Source: a virus (lineage: Duplodnaviria; Caudoviricetes). From it: a DNA stretch of 64,000 bases. Shown piece after piece: positions 43,567 through 54,320 of this stretch (the stretch's first letter is position 1; each line of letters opens with the position of its first letter). The translations under genes and the position numbers were made by a program. The notes beneath the pieces are model-generated. The model was not told the DNA's origin. It was given only the letters and a program-made list of their open reading frames with translations, and made no database searches. The DNA is taken from IMG/VR virus record IMGVR_UViG_3300012232_000010, positions 33,723 to 97,722 of that record. One strand, 5' to 3'.

Positions 43567-44673
43567 CTACGCCCTCAACCTTTCTATTTCTCTAGCAAGA
43601 TTTTTCCTAGCTGTCCCTTCACGGTCATAGTAATCTGAATAAGTTTTTGTGTAATAAATTTTGCTTCTCTTGCAAAAATTCTCTAAAAATTCCAATCTAC
43701 CCTTCTTATACTCTTCATCGGAATACATGGAGAATTCTTTACGAATATTGGCACTATTGTCATCGAAAGTAAATCTATCATCGGCGAGACCCAAAAGGTC
43801 TATATCTGCTATGATCTGACCAATGGGGTCACTCAATAGGCAATTGTGTTGCGTACACATTATAAGCCTATGAACTTCCAATCTTTCATTTTCTTGAACG
43901 CCCATAGCATACATCATTTTATAGGCGAAGCCAGAACTTTGTAGCTCATTATCCTTCTTTGTTGGATCATAAATAGAATCGTGAAACCACCACGCAAGTT
44001 CAAGATTCAAATCATTGTGCTTTTGAACTTCACCAAGTCTAGACCATATATGATTAAGGTCATGATAGAATCTATGAGATTCTGTGTATTTTTGGTAAAT
44101 TTCTTCAAATAATGCGTAATTAGTCTCCGACCCAAGACCCAATCTGTCACATAGACCCATCCACTCTTTACGCATATTATTCTTCAGACACATAATTTTT
44201 AATACATGTCTTGGAACATATCCAGTGACAGTCTCAATCCACCCGCTATAACCAACCAGTCCCTTTACTAATGTGGAACTAATCTCATTACATTCACGGT
44301 CTGGCATCAGAAATACTGATCCTACATTTCTATCCAAATCTTTATTTACTATAGCCATAGTTTTTTCAGATTCGAAATCCGAACTATTTCTGATTCCTCT
44401 GACTATGTGTGAAGCCCCAACCTTATTGGCGTACTTTACTAGGTATCCATCATAAGTGGTTGACGCTACGAATTTATGGGATTCTCTACAGGTGTCCAAC
44501 ATTCTTAGACGATCACCGATAGAATATTCACATTTCTTACCGGGATTTATGCCAATTGCAACTATCAATTGACCCTTAAACAATTTACATGCTTGATTGA
44601 TTATATTAACATGACCACTCGTTAAGGGGTCAAAGGTTCCCGCATATATCCCCAATCTTAGATTATCAGGCAT
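43567..44673 (-). CDS. coaD: Phosphopantetheine adenylyltransferase (CoaD) fused to an HD-domain phosphohydrolase
   Basis: YAGTFDPLTSGH, NPGK, IVRGIR...DFESE, ISSTLVK; then R.YH...H, FHDSIY.P...DNE..S, DID. Confidence 0.82.
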   Translation of the reverse strand: MPDNLRLGIYAGTFDPLTSGHVNIINQACKLFKGQLIVAIGINPGKKCEYSIGDRLRMLDTCRESHKFVASTTYDGYLVKYANKVGASHIVRGIRNSSDFESEKTMAIVNKDLDRNVGSVFLMPDRECNEISSTLVKGLVGYSGWIETVTGYVPRHVLKIMCLKNNMRKEWMGLCDRLGLGSETNYALFEEIYQKYTESHRFYHDLNHIWSRLGEVQKHNDLNLELAWWFHDSIYDPTKKDNELQSSGFAYKMMYAMGVQENERLEVHRLIMCTQHNCLLSDPIGQIIADIDLLGLADDRFTFDDNSANIRKEFSMYSDEEYKKGRLEFLENFCKRSKIYYTKTYSDYYDREGTARKNLAREIERLRA

Positions 44674-45079
44674 AATCTGACTCCGGAACACACAATCCGC
44701 GTATGCCACAAAACTCTTCGACGACACTCTTCTTTAATTTCAAACCATTCCCGGACCAACTGTAAAAATCGTCGTGTAAATCTTGCAATTCTGTCAAAAA
44801 ATTTATATCATCATGACCCACTTCTCCAAATACATGTTTAAATTGTTCCGGAAATTGCCTTTCTAGTAACCCAACCCTACTAAAACTTCCATCTGGATCA
44901 CAATCGGCAAAAGCTTCACGAAAACCCGGCTGACAACCGATAGCACATCCCGGATGTGGATTTTCGGGAATATAACAGCACACTTCTTCATCCATATCCG
45001 GTCTAAGTTTAGTAGCGCGACCTTTGCCGTTCAAGGTATGAACAAGGTTATTAATCAATTCTTGTTTGGTGAACTTCAT
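44666..45079 (-). CDS. Hypothetical protein, HPGCAxGCQP family copy 1
   Basis: Motifs shared with 49796 and 50245 ORFs. Confidence 0.7.
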   Translation of the reverse strand: MKFTKQELINNLVHTLNGKGRATKLRPDMDEEVCCYIPENPHPGCAIGCQPGFREAFADCDPDGSFSRVGLLERQFPEQFKHVFGEVGHDDINFLTELQDLHDDFYSWSGNGLKLKKSVVEEFCGIRGLCVPESDYA

Positions 45080-46539
45080 ACTTTATCCTCCGAACCCCAA
45101 AGTGTTTCTCTTACATTCTTAAATGATTGTGTCTGAATGAATTTACCATCACACCAGACTGGTCTCAAAACAGATTGCGCCTCAATATCTGGTGTAGCTT
45201 GATTAATACAGAAGAACTTACCATCTTGCTTGACTACGGCAAGTCGTCCCTTGGCCGAATTCTTCATGCCATTATCTGTAATAGGCTTCTTGAATAGATC
45301 GCGGCCTACGCCATTAACTTGCGCCCAAGTAGCCTTCATTGCTAGACCGTAAACATCTCTGGTCGTATACTGATACGTATAGCTACCAATTCCGTAAACA
45401 CTATTAGTGGAAGCGAACCCGGCAGAGAACAATCGACGAGAAATTTCATCCCCACGATCTACTGTAATCGCATCACCATAGATAGCGCCGATATGAGGAT
45501 CGAGTTCAATAAATCCCTTACCGTTCTTAGAACCACCGAAAACATCGTGCAAACCCCTGATAACACCCTTCTTAACAATTTCCTCCGAAGCATTATTATC
45601 ACCACAGAGGATAAGAACTGGATCACCAGAGTCCGGACGAATAACAACCTTTCCTTGTCTTGCCATAATCCTGTCTTTACGTGCTGGCAGGATTTGAGTA
45701 AGTACACGCCACAGGTTCCACGTATCTGAAACTATAGATACGATACCTGAAGGATAAAGGTCGAGAAGATGATCAAACGTTCGCATTTCACCATCTTCAC
45801 CATTGGCGCACATAACAGAGTGTTCTGTTGCCGGAACCGAGCCGCCAATCAATCCATTGTCGCCGGGATAATACTCTTCAGCGAAAAGAATTGCGGGGAT
45901 AGTATCTGTTCCCGTAAACGAAAGAAGATGACCAGCGCCAGACAACATAGCATCTTCAACGCCACTCATACCACGGAACGAGAAGTCATGACCTTGCCAC
46001 TGAACAAAATCCTTATTTCCGCCAGTAACTTCAGCCCACTTATTGAGCATCTTACGAAAGCGATAAGCCATATTAGCCGAAGTTGAACCCTTCCACAGAT
46101 TACAAGACATTAGAGTTTCAAAGTAATTCGGCAACCAGAAAAATTCATCAATCGTATTTTCAGATATAACTTGTGGGCATCGCAACGGAGTCCGAGTTCC
46201 TTCGGGAATTGCACTAAATCGAAGCGGAACATATCCCAATTCATGCAGTGCCGCAATATGGCTAGTCCCTATTTGATTAGGACCGACATATCCATCAACC
46301 CGCGATTTATATTCCTTCTCGATTACATGCCTTGGTTTATTAAAGAAATGCTCTTGCATCAAGTCGGTCATGAATCGTTTCAAGAAGTATTGAAGACCGA
46401 ACATTGTCGAGTGAGTTTCACCTTCGATTCGACAAGAACGCGGAGTCCAATTTGAATATACTCGTTGTGTCCCTACGGGATACTGGCGACGATGATCGAG
46501 TTTGTAACCGTCGATCATAAGCATTGGATTCATATTCAT
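45076..46539 (-). CDS. Nicotinamide phosphoribosyltransferase-like protein (NAMPT/Namat)
   Basis: DGYK.DH..QYP, FGLQ, HDFSFRG, F.GTDT, VPATEHSVM, SIVSDT, IRPDSGDP, IYGD, GIGS, KATW, KSAKG-like NSAKG. Confidence 0.92.
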   Translation of the reverse strand: MNMNPMLMIDGYKLDHRRQYPVGTQRVYSNWTPRSCRIEGETHSTMFGLQYFLKRFMTDLMQEHFFNKPRHVIEKEYKSRVDGYVGPNQIGTSHIAALHELGYVPLRFSAIPEGTRTPLRCPQVISENTIDEFFWLPNYFETLMSCNLWKGSTSANMAYRFRKMLNKWAEVTGGNKDFVQWQGHDFSFRGMSGVEDAMLSGAGHLLSFTGTDTIPAILFAEEYYPGDNGLIGGSVPATEHSVMCANGEDGEMRTFDHLLDLYPSGIVSIVSDTWNLWRVLTQILPARKDRIMARQGKVVIRPDSGDPVLILCGDNNASEEIVKKGVIRGLHDVFGGSKNGKGFIELDPHIGAIYGDAITVDRGDEISRRLFSAGFASTNSVYGIGSYTYQYTTRDVYGLAMKATWAQVNGVGRDLFKKPITDNGMKNSAKGRLAVVKQDGKFFCINQATPDIEAQSVLRPVWCDGKFIQTQSFKNVRETLWGSEDKV

Positions 46540-46805
46540 ATTTGATAATCCTCTTCAAGTTCAAAATAAGTTTTCTCAAAGATACTAGGCTTTATGGCCC
46601 ACTTCTCATTTTCTACCCCGGTAACTACATAATCACCGGGCTTAACTTCCATCCTGCCTTCTAGGGTTTCTATGTAAAATTTTAGATCGCGGGTGTATGG
46701 ATTTTCGTAACACAGAACACCATCCGGCAAGAAGCTACCGCCAATTGGTTCGAATTTCTCTGCACGAAAAACTATACTGGAATTTCTGCGATAGAATTTT
46801 ATCAT
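46536..46805 (-). CDS. PGDYG-type conserved phage protein
   Basis: IETLEG.M...PGDYVV.GV..E.W..KP.IFEKTY. Confidence 0.75.
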   Translation of the reverse strand: MIKFYRRNSSIVFRAEKFEPIGGSFLPDGVLCYENPYTRDLKFYIETLEGRMEVKPGDYVVTGVENEKWAIKPSIFEKTYFELEEDYQI

Positions 46806-47267
46806 GGCATATCTGCTACTAATTCAATACATCCGGCAAATTCTACATCGTGACACACTTCACGAATATAATATGCTTCACCATTAAAAACTAGACATAC
46901 TGTTTCTGTTGGCTTTTCCTTTTGAAGTTCTTCTATCAAATCTTGATTTGTCATCATTCAATCTCCAATGATCTAAGTTTTGGATTAGGTTGCTTTTCTT
47001 GTGTTATGACTAAAGAATTAATCATGCTAGTAGAAAAGAACTTGGCTTTTCGTGGGTCAAATTCGCCCCTACCATTTGCCTCTATCATTATAACCCCTCT
47101 AGGGGAACTCCAAAATCCAAGCGTCACCGTGTAAAACGGATCGGCTGGAATTTTCAAAATTCGATCTGGCTGGAATTCTGCCATTATCCTGATATTTTCT
47201 TCTCTATCTGCTTTCTCGTCGTCACTGATTCTTTTAAAGACTTTGAACCAATCATCAAGACTAGACA

Positions 47268-48128
47268 TTATCCAAGCCTCTCCTTCATAAAGTGAGCCGC
47301 ATGATACCATAGCGGTCTTACCGCAATACGATTATGAAATTCCATCAAATATGTAGACGGGAACGAATCGGTTGTTATAATTTTATCAAAGCGATTCAAT
47401 AATTCATCATATCCTTTAGAAAAGATTCCGTGAGACACCCATAGGTCTAAATTACAATCTGGACTTTGGCGCTTAATCTCATCTGCTAGACCAATGAAGG
47501 TTCCACCGCCATCACAGATATCGTCTACTATTAGATAGCGGCCTGCACGATGCCGCATATCTATGGAGAAATTACTAAGCTTTCCTGTCTCTGGATTTCT
47601 TACTTTCCTAGCCTCAATTATTAAATCTATTTTTGCTGCTGAGGCGAACTTAGCACATCTACCAGAAGCGCCTTTATCTGGCGCTATGATTCCCCGGTAC
47701 TTATTATTCAATGGAATAGCAACTTCATGAGCCTCTATTGCATCCACATCGACGATAGCTCTTAACATATCTGAGTGAGGATCAAGAACCAGAATAGAGT
47801 GTAGACTAATACGCCTCAATGCTCGACCATAAAGTTGAAGGGTGAATGCCGTGCCATCCTGATATCTATCCTGACGCGCTCCCGGATAATATGGGAGAAA
47901 TAAAGCCATCCTACGCGGTCTACAATGATCTATTGCGTCAAGCAGACACAGAAGTGTCATAAACCCATCAGCACTACAAATCCTAGCATCTACCCATACA
48001 TTCTTATCGGTTATGTATTGTGGGTCCACTTGAACGTGCGGTTCACCCCCCGGAAAGATAAGGGATTTATATGGGTAACACACTGGCGATTCGTCTATCG
48101 TATTGTGAATAGTGATTATATCATTCAT
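47268..48128 (-). CDS. PRPP-synthetase-like protein (Adps candidate)
   Basis: FPGGE, LPYYPGARQDR, DPHS, APDKGA, K.R, IVDDICDGGGTF, HGIFS. Confidence 0.9.
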   Translation of the reverse strand: MNDIITIHNTIDESPVCYPYKSLIFPGGEPHVQVDPQYITDKNVWVDARICSADGFMTLLCLLDAIDHCRPRRMALFLPYYPGARQDRYQDGTAFTLQLYGRALRRISLHSILVLDPHSDMLRAIVDVDAIEAHEVAIPLNNKYRGIIAPDKGASGRCAKFASAAKIDLIIEARKVRNPETGKLSNFSIDMRHRAGRYLIVDDICDGGGTFIGLADEIKRQSPDCNLDLWVSHGIFSKGYDELLNRFDKIITTDSFPSTYLMEFHNRIAVRPLWYHAAHFMKERLG

Positions 48129-49258
48129 ATTAATTCACGCTGGTAAAACTACTGCTGTTCCCGCAACCGTATCAATTTCAATAGAAACGCACTCTCCATA
48201 CTCAACCCAAGTACGCAATTCGTTTTTGACTTCTTCTCGCAAATCCTCATCAATATCTTCTAGAGCGTAATCAACTACGTCCGGTGTCTTGAAATGAAGT
48301 TTAATTTTCATAAACTACTCCTAAGTATTAGTATTCATTAGCTCGCCCTTATCGTCACAGGTGCAAGCGTAAACCCTAACGGGGCCATTATACTTGTTTT
48401 TTCTACATGGTCCATCATCGCCGACAGTCATATCAAAAGCTTTTTGCATTTCTTCTTCTGAGTCAAACAGGAGATAACACATTTCATCCGAAATGATTTG
48501 ATAATCATCATCCAAATCCAAATAAGGAGCAGCCTTCTTAAGTTCGGTATCAAAATGGGCGGCGACACGCTCAGGAACTTCCTCAAGACTAGGAATTCCT
48601 ATATACATTCCCCATTTTTTTGTGGCTTTGCACATCAATCTGAGCGCTTCCATTTTGTCAATTTTTTGCATAAGAGACTCCTTAATAAATAGCAACCGAA
48701 GTCATGACTTTTTCTTTTCTATTTGCTTCTTTAATTCCTTATTCTCTTCTTCCAAGTCACGAATCTTTTGTCTGAGTTTAGATGTTTGGTCCGCACTGGA
48801 ACACATACACGTTTGATAGCCATTTGTGTAACATGCGGTACACCATTTACCCCTCATATTTCACTCCATTAAACGGCTTGTTCACAAGCCTAGCAATAAC
48901 AATGAATCCACCATCCAAAGAATAGTGCGAACAAAGGTGCGAATATCGCTTCTCCAAGAAGAATCGCATATTGTTCTCGCAATTCTTTACCACCATACTT
49001 CAGGGCTTCTTCTAATTTTCGCTTACTCCATTCTCGATTAACAGGATTGCTTCGACTCTTGTTATGGAAATAAGCGAACAATGCAAATATACCACAAGCA
49101 TACCAGAAAGAAATATTATTCAATCCGGTAACGGGAGGAATAAACCAATTATACATGGTTTGTATTACATATCCGTTAAGAAAAAATCCAGCCACCCCAA
49201 ATATAAAGCAAAACGTTATAAACGTAAGATGACGAGCAACCATATTTGACCCTTTCTG

Positions 49259-49792
49259 TTAGAAAATTTCTCGATCTGGTTTATTAACCATTCTGACTAC
49301 AGGAACTTGGTTGTCCTGTCCATTCATGCAATCTAGCAAAGTTTTATAGACCAATCTATTTGGTATATATTTGCTTGCATCTCCGAAATATTCAGAACAA
49401 TCCTTATTAAAGTGCATAGCTAATGCTGCTGCAACTGCTGGACTTCTGGAAATCCCGGCCTCACAATGGACTATAATATGTATTTTTTGCAAAACCATTT
49501 TGGATTGCCAAATAGAGAGAAGGAAATTATCAGTTTCCTTCCAAACTTTGTCAATCAGAAACTGCTTAATCTTCATAGCCATCTCTTTTGTGAAGAGAAT
49601 AATGGCTGGCGCATGTCCGGGATAATCTTTTTCTAGATCGTGAAATTCTAAACTAAGCACATTTGACTCAGGAACGTCGAACACGACAGGATTCGACTTT
49701 GGATCGGTTATAGAGATAATCAATGGATCAAAATACGGAAAATTGTTTACGAAGTCAACAACTTCACGCCTAGAACAAACATACAATTTCAT
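49259..49792 (-). CDS. Protein-tyrosine/dual-specificity phosphatase-like
   Basis: IISITD, F.D, VHCEAGISRS (CX5R), PN..V. Confidence 0.85.
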   Translation of the reverse strand: MKLYVCSRREVVDFVNNFPYFDPLIISITDPKSNPVVFDVPESNVLSLEFHDLEKDYPGHAPAIILFTKEMAMKIKQFLIDKVWKETDNFLLSIWQSKMVLQKIHIIVHCEAGISRSPAVAAALAMHFNKDCSEYFGDASKYIPNRLVYKTLLDCMNGQDNQVPVVRMVNKPDREIF

Positions 49793-49795
49793 AAT

Positions 49796-50679
49796 TTACT
49801 CGCTTTGATCCAAGTAATACAATGCAGATGGGACTTTGAGATTGTGAGTTTCGCAAAACTTCTGAACCTCATTAAGAATGAGATAGTCATTTTTCCAATG
49901 GCCTTGGTAATCATGAAAAGATTGCAAGTCAGAAAGGAATTTTCCATCTTCATAGGACAGAACTAGGGAAAGTGCTTTTCTAAAATCGGATGATTTTGGA
50001 AAAGTATTGATCATAGCCGATATTGGCGTATTCTCATCGGTACTAGGCATAGGGAACAACTGATTGACCTTTTTGAATAGGGGTTGACAACCTACCGCAC
50101 AACCGGGATGCTCACTTTCGGGAGGCATTTTATAGCGACACATACCAGCTTGTGTATCATAGGCTCGTCCCTTACCGTTCACAGCCGAGACAAAGTTGTT
50201 GAAGAATTCTTGATTTCGTTCAAGTTGATTCATTTTTATCCTTTCTAGACCAGAACGGTTTGTAAGTTATTATCCCTAGCAAAGTCATCTACCTTGAATT
50301 GACTCAAAACCAATCCATCCCAATGATGTTCTTCATCATGAAGCACTTGTAATTTCCTAAGAAATTGTTTGTCTTCAAGACTTTGAGCGCCAAAAGCGTC
50401 ATAAACAGCTTTGACAAGTTCGGGCAATAGGTCTGTGTCATTGTCTCTCATACACAAATCATAAATTGGTCCATTGATTTTTCTTGGCTCGACACCAAAG
50501 GTTGTACATGCTTGATGGAATTCTGGCTGGCATCCCATTGCGCAACCGGGATGACCTTCTTTTGCGTATTCGCAATAGGCTTTAACGCCGTTAGCAGACG
50601 TATTTGGTATAGTGCATCTGCCAAGTCGTCCACATGTTTTAACGAAATGTTCGAAAATTCTTTGACGATTCATTTTCAT
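49796..50679 (-). CDS. Two tandem hypothetical proteins, HPGCAxGCQP family copies 2 and 3 (49796-50233, 50245-50679)
   Basis: C.Y....HPGCA.GCQP and FL..LQ..HD....W. Confidence 0.7.
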
Positions 50680-51113
50680 TCCTTATTAACACGATTTGTT
50701 GGATTACCAGCCGACAACCGACTTGCTTCCATGATAGGAAGATTAGCTTCTGTCGGAACATAAATCACATGACCCGCTGCGGCCAATTCCTGAATCCAAA
50801 GATAGTGAAGATATGATTCGTTACCATTAAGGCTACTGCCAATAATCTTATTGGCTTTCGCTACGCCTTCTGCACGAATTACTTCAGCTTCGGCAAGCAT
50901 TGTAGCCGCTTGCTTTTTAGCTTCCGCTTCTTTGGTAGCAATTTGCCGATTCCATTCAGCCTTGGATAACTCAGCCTTACCCTGCAATCCTTGCTGCCAT
51001 ACGTTATATTGTGGGTAGGCCCAACAACCACCACCGATTAAACCGAGACATGCCACAATAACAACGAATACTACGATAACTACTGCCGCATCAGTTTCAC
51101 CACGACGTTTCAT
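50676..51113 (-). CDS. Membrane-anchored SPFH/band-7-like coiled-coil protein
   Basis: TM helix; PQYNVWQQ...G.AEL, AEGVAKAN.IIG.SL, YL.YLWI, IYVPTEANLPI. Confidence 0.65.
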   Translation of the reverse strand: MKRRGETDAAVVIVVFVVIVACLGLIGGGCWAYPQYNVWQQGLQGKAELSKAEWNRQIATKEAEAKKQAATMLAEAEVIRAEGVAKANKIIGSSLNGNESYLHYLWIQELAAAGHVIYVPTEANLPIMEASRLSAGNPTNRVNKE

Positions 51114-51225
51114 AAATTACCCCTTTTTATTAATGAATGCCACAGAAATACCCAAGAGAACGAACATAATAGCCGAAAATCCAACCGACCCACTAGAAAT
51201 TACACTAGCCAACATTGTTTTCTCC

Positions 51226-51807
51226 TTAAAGTTCAAAAGTTTCCAATTCTGCAAGACACTTAAAGGTTGTGTTACCTATTACTTGAGTTCTCGATATGTG
51301 CCAATGTCCAAATATCCACATCTTAGGACGCCATCTAGCCCACATTTCTCCCATTAATTGTCGTGTTATTGTTTTGTCAGAAACACCGAACATTTGTGAT
51401 GATGCAACAGATGGGCAATCATGCGATAAAACAATTTCGGGTTGGACAAGGGAATATTGATGGAGACAATCGCCACATTCACTATATGACAATTCTTCGT
51501 TGCGCCACCAACTTCTTCCTTCTGTTCGGAAAGCTTTATCTATACTGTATGCTCCACCGACATAGAAAATGTCTTTCAAATGACCAATATTCAGAATTCC
51601 AAACCGACCTAGATAATTTGGGCAATCATTAACTATATCGAAGTTATCATGGTTCCCTGCAAAAAAGATGTGACGACAGGGACATAAATCTTTCATATGC
51701 TCATAAGAAAATCCCATATCTCCGATTTGTAATGTACTATCAGATTTTTTAACTATCGACAGATATTCATCATACTTTCCGTGAACATCCCCTATCACTG
51801 TCAACAT
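51226..51807 (-). CDS. Calcineurin-like metallophosphoesterase
   Basis: GDVHG, GD, GNHD, GGAYSID, SHDCP, FGHWH. Confidence 0.9.
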   Translation of the reverse strand: MLTVIGDVHGKYDEYLSIVKKSDSTLQIGDMGFSYEHMKDLCPCRHIFFAGNHDNFDIVNDCPNYLGRFGILNIGHLKDIFYVGGAYSIDKAFRTEGRSWWRNEELSYSECGDCLHQYSLVQPEIVLSHDCPSVASSQMFGVSDKTITRQLMGEMWARWRPKMWIFGHWHISRTQVIGNTTFKCLAELETFEL

Positions 51808-52427
51808 CCTGTATATCTCCTTGGGTGAGTTAATGCTTTACTGATAGGCCACTTTGCTTCAAAAACCCTGTATTTTAGAGTAGAAGTTGACAAAGAAAAT
51901 TTCTTAGCTAAATCCGAAATGCAGTGCAATTCGCCCCTATATAGAATTTTTGTATTATTGCGTCTATTCTTGTTTTGTTGGCCGACCGTAGCCCAAGAAC
52001 AATTAGATTTGCAATAATTCCCGTTATTATTTTTGCGGTCTAAAGTTTTTCTTTTAGGTCTTTCTCCCATATCTTTGAGAAAGTTTTCAAACTTCAACCA
52101 TCGTTTACAAACTGTAATCCCACGCCCACCGTAATTTTTATACCCTCTTGCCTTTTGGTTAGTGCATCTTTGAATCATCATATGCCATGAGTTATACGTT
52201 CTTGACTGACCCACCTTTGTATTATGACCATGTTTCAAAAACCTAGAACTCGTTGCTTCTTTCTTGTAACATCCACAGCTTTTGTCAATATTATTCAATA
52301 GAGAATTTGTTCTAATGAATCTCTTATTACCGCAAGAGCATTCGCAAAGCCAGATACTTTTACCACAATACTTTACAGCTTTAAGTCTATTAAAGATTTT
52401 CCCAGACAAATCAATATTATTTCTCAT
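51801..52427 (-). mobile_element. HNH-type homing endonuclease-like protein
   Basis: WLCECSCG, SCGC, W..MIQRC, YGGRGI.VC.RW..FENF..DMG, TLDR..NNGNY...NC.WAT. Confidence 0.85.
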
Positions 52428-52787
52428 TTTGATTTCGTGAACGCTTTCTTTATAGCTAGAATTCGTTCATAATCGTAATCGTTTTCGTTTCTGTCTCTTA
52501 CCCCATCATTTTTCAGCCAAAAATTAAAAGCTTTCCTGTTTCCTATCAGATTAGGATTGGCAAGATCATCAAGTGGACCATAACAAGAGCAATGGCCAAG
52601 ATCAATTTCATGGTAATTATTATCTTCATCCACAATAACAGCCGTGCCACTACCATCATAACTTCCAGACTGGTACCAGTAAACAACTTTCTTTGCTCGA
52701 ATCAATTTCAAAGTATCCTCATAATACTTAAAATCAATTTCTTCTGGACCAGCTTGAACGAATTCAGTTTTCATTGACTATTCCTTA

Positions 52788-53033
52788 TTACTCACAAAAT
52801 TCCAATTCATCACACAATTGGGTGTTGCACTCTTTTACAAGACCATCACACAGACAACAGTTGAAGTATCCGTTATCCCACGATCCGCACTCTCGGAATC
52901 CATTCTGGTACTCAGCCACATCCAGTAAGTCCATAGTTCCGTCGCCGTTTAGATCGTGCCACTCATTATTGCGCACATCTGGCCCCATCAATCCGGCCCA
53001 CAGCCACCACCAAGCTACCAACGTGATAGTCAT
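52788..53033 (-). CDS. Small secreted protein with dockerin/EF-hand-like motif
   Basis: Hydrophobic N-terminus; DLNGDGTMDLLDVAEYQN; Cys-rich tail. Confidence 0.55.
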   Translation of the reverse strand: MTITLVAWWWLWAGLMGPDVRNNEWHDLNGDGTMDLLDVAEYQNGFRECGSWDNGYFNCCLCDGLVKECNTQLCDELEFCE

Positions 53034-54247
53034 TTGTTTTAATCTCCAAAAGAGATACTGAATTCTTTCTTGAACAATTCGTATATTGTTTCTGTCATAA
53101 GAAAGGCATGACCAAGAAATTCTCTATCCTTTTCGGCAAAGAGGGGTTCAATATCATTCCGGTGAAGACGATCAATAAACCAATTCAACATCCTTTGATA
53201 ATCTTCATCGTCATGCCAAATTGAAAGTTTAATCAGATTGTATTGCGCTGTCATTACGTTGGCCTCACTATGTATCCATTTTCATCCGTAAAAGGTCTGT
53301 ACGACCATTCATTATCGGCAGACCAATAAAATAGTAATGAAAGAAAATCTCCCATACTCCTGCACCAGACAGCATCTTGCGACCAGTGATTTCCTTTAGA
53401 CCTAGTGTATCTAAATCTTAGGAAACAATCTATCTTTTCATGCGAGTAAGAGATACCCATCTTTTCGTGGATTATACGCGATTCCATTTTATATCCTCCA
53501 TTACCACATAGCAATCGTAAACAGAATTGAAAGGATTATAATTTTAATCGCCTTTCTCATTATCAATACCCCAATGAATCTTCCCAATCTGGGCCGAACT
53601 CATCTTCCATCACTCTCAAATCTTCAAAGGAAAGAAGATATGGCGGGACTCCCATATCCAGATCGCTCAAAATTTCTAACGAATCCCTACTTACTCGTTC
53701 AATTGTTGGGGGTTCAAATTTACGCTTCGAATGTTGAAGATCGAAAGCTTCTCGATTGTTATCAAATTGATCCCAAAGATAATCTACTTCATGATCGAAA
53801 AGAGGGAAGTTATAATCTGTATAAAAAAAGAAACCATCCTTGGTTTTACGAATTTCGCCAATTTTGGAATTATGTTCATTCCTAATCATGCCATCATTGC
53901 ACAATTTGAATGTCATTTTGAATCTCCTAGCTTACACATTTCTTTATTCGCTCTACAGTATTCGTCTATCAATCTATCCTGTTCTATTATTAACTCATCC
54001 AATTGAGTTCGGACATTCTTGATTGAATTCTTTACATCATCGAGATAAACTCCCCAAGCTTCTTTAGGGGTTTTACATGGATACATACTGTGAGAAGCTG
54101 TGAACTTTTGTCTTGTTTTTACATGACGACCTAACAGGGTCGGTACTGTTGCTCCATCGCAAAAATGGTTGTCATTTAAAACTTCAATAACATCCATTTC
54201 CCCATTCCAAACTTTGAATCTTAGGTCCATAAATTACTCTCCTTTAA

Positions 54248-54320
54248 TGGGCCGGGCGGGACTTGAACCCGCGACCACCAGCTTATAAGGTTGGTGCTCT
54301 ACCAACTGAGCTACCGGCCC
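54248..54320 (-). tRNA. tRNA-Ile(UAU)
   Basis: GGGCCGG-TA-GCTCAGTTGGTAGAGC; CCAAC-CTTATAA-GCTGG; GCGGG-TTCAAGT-CCCGC; CCGGCCC-A. Confidence 0.88.
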
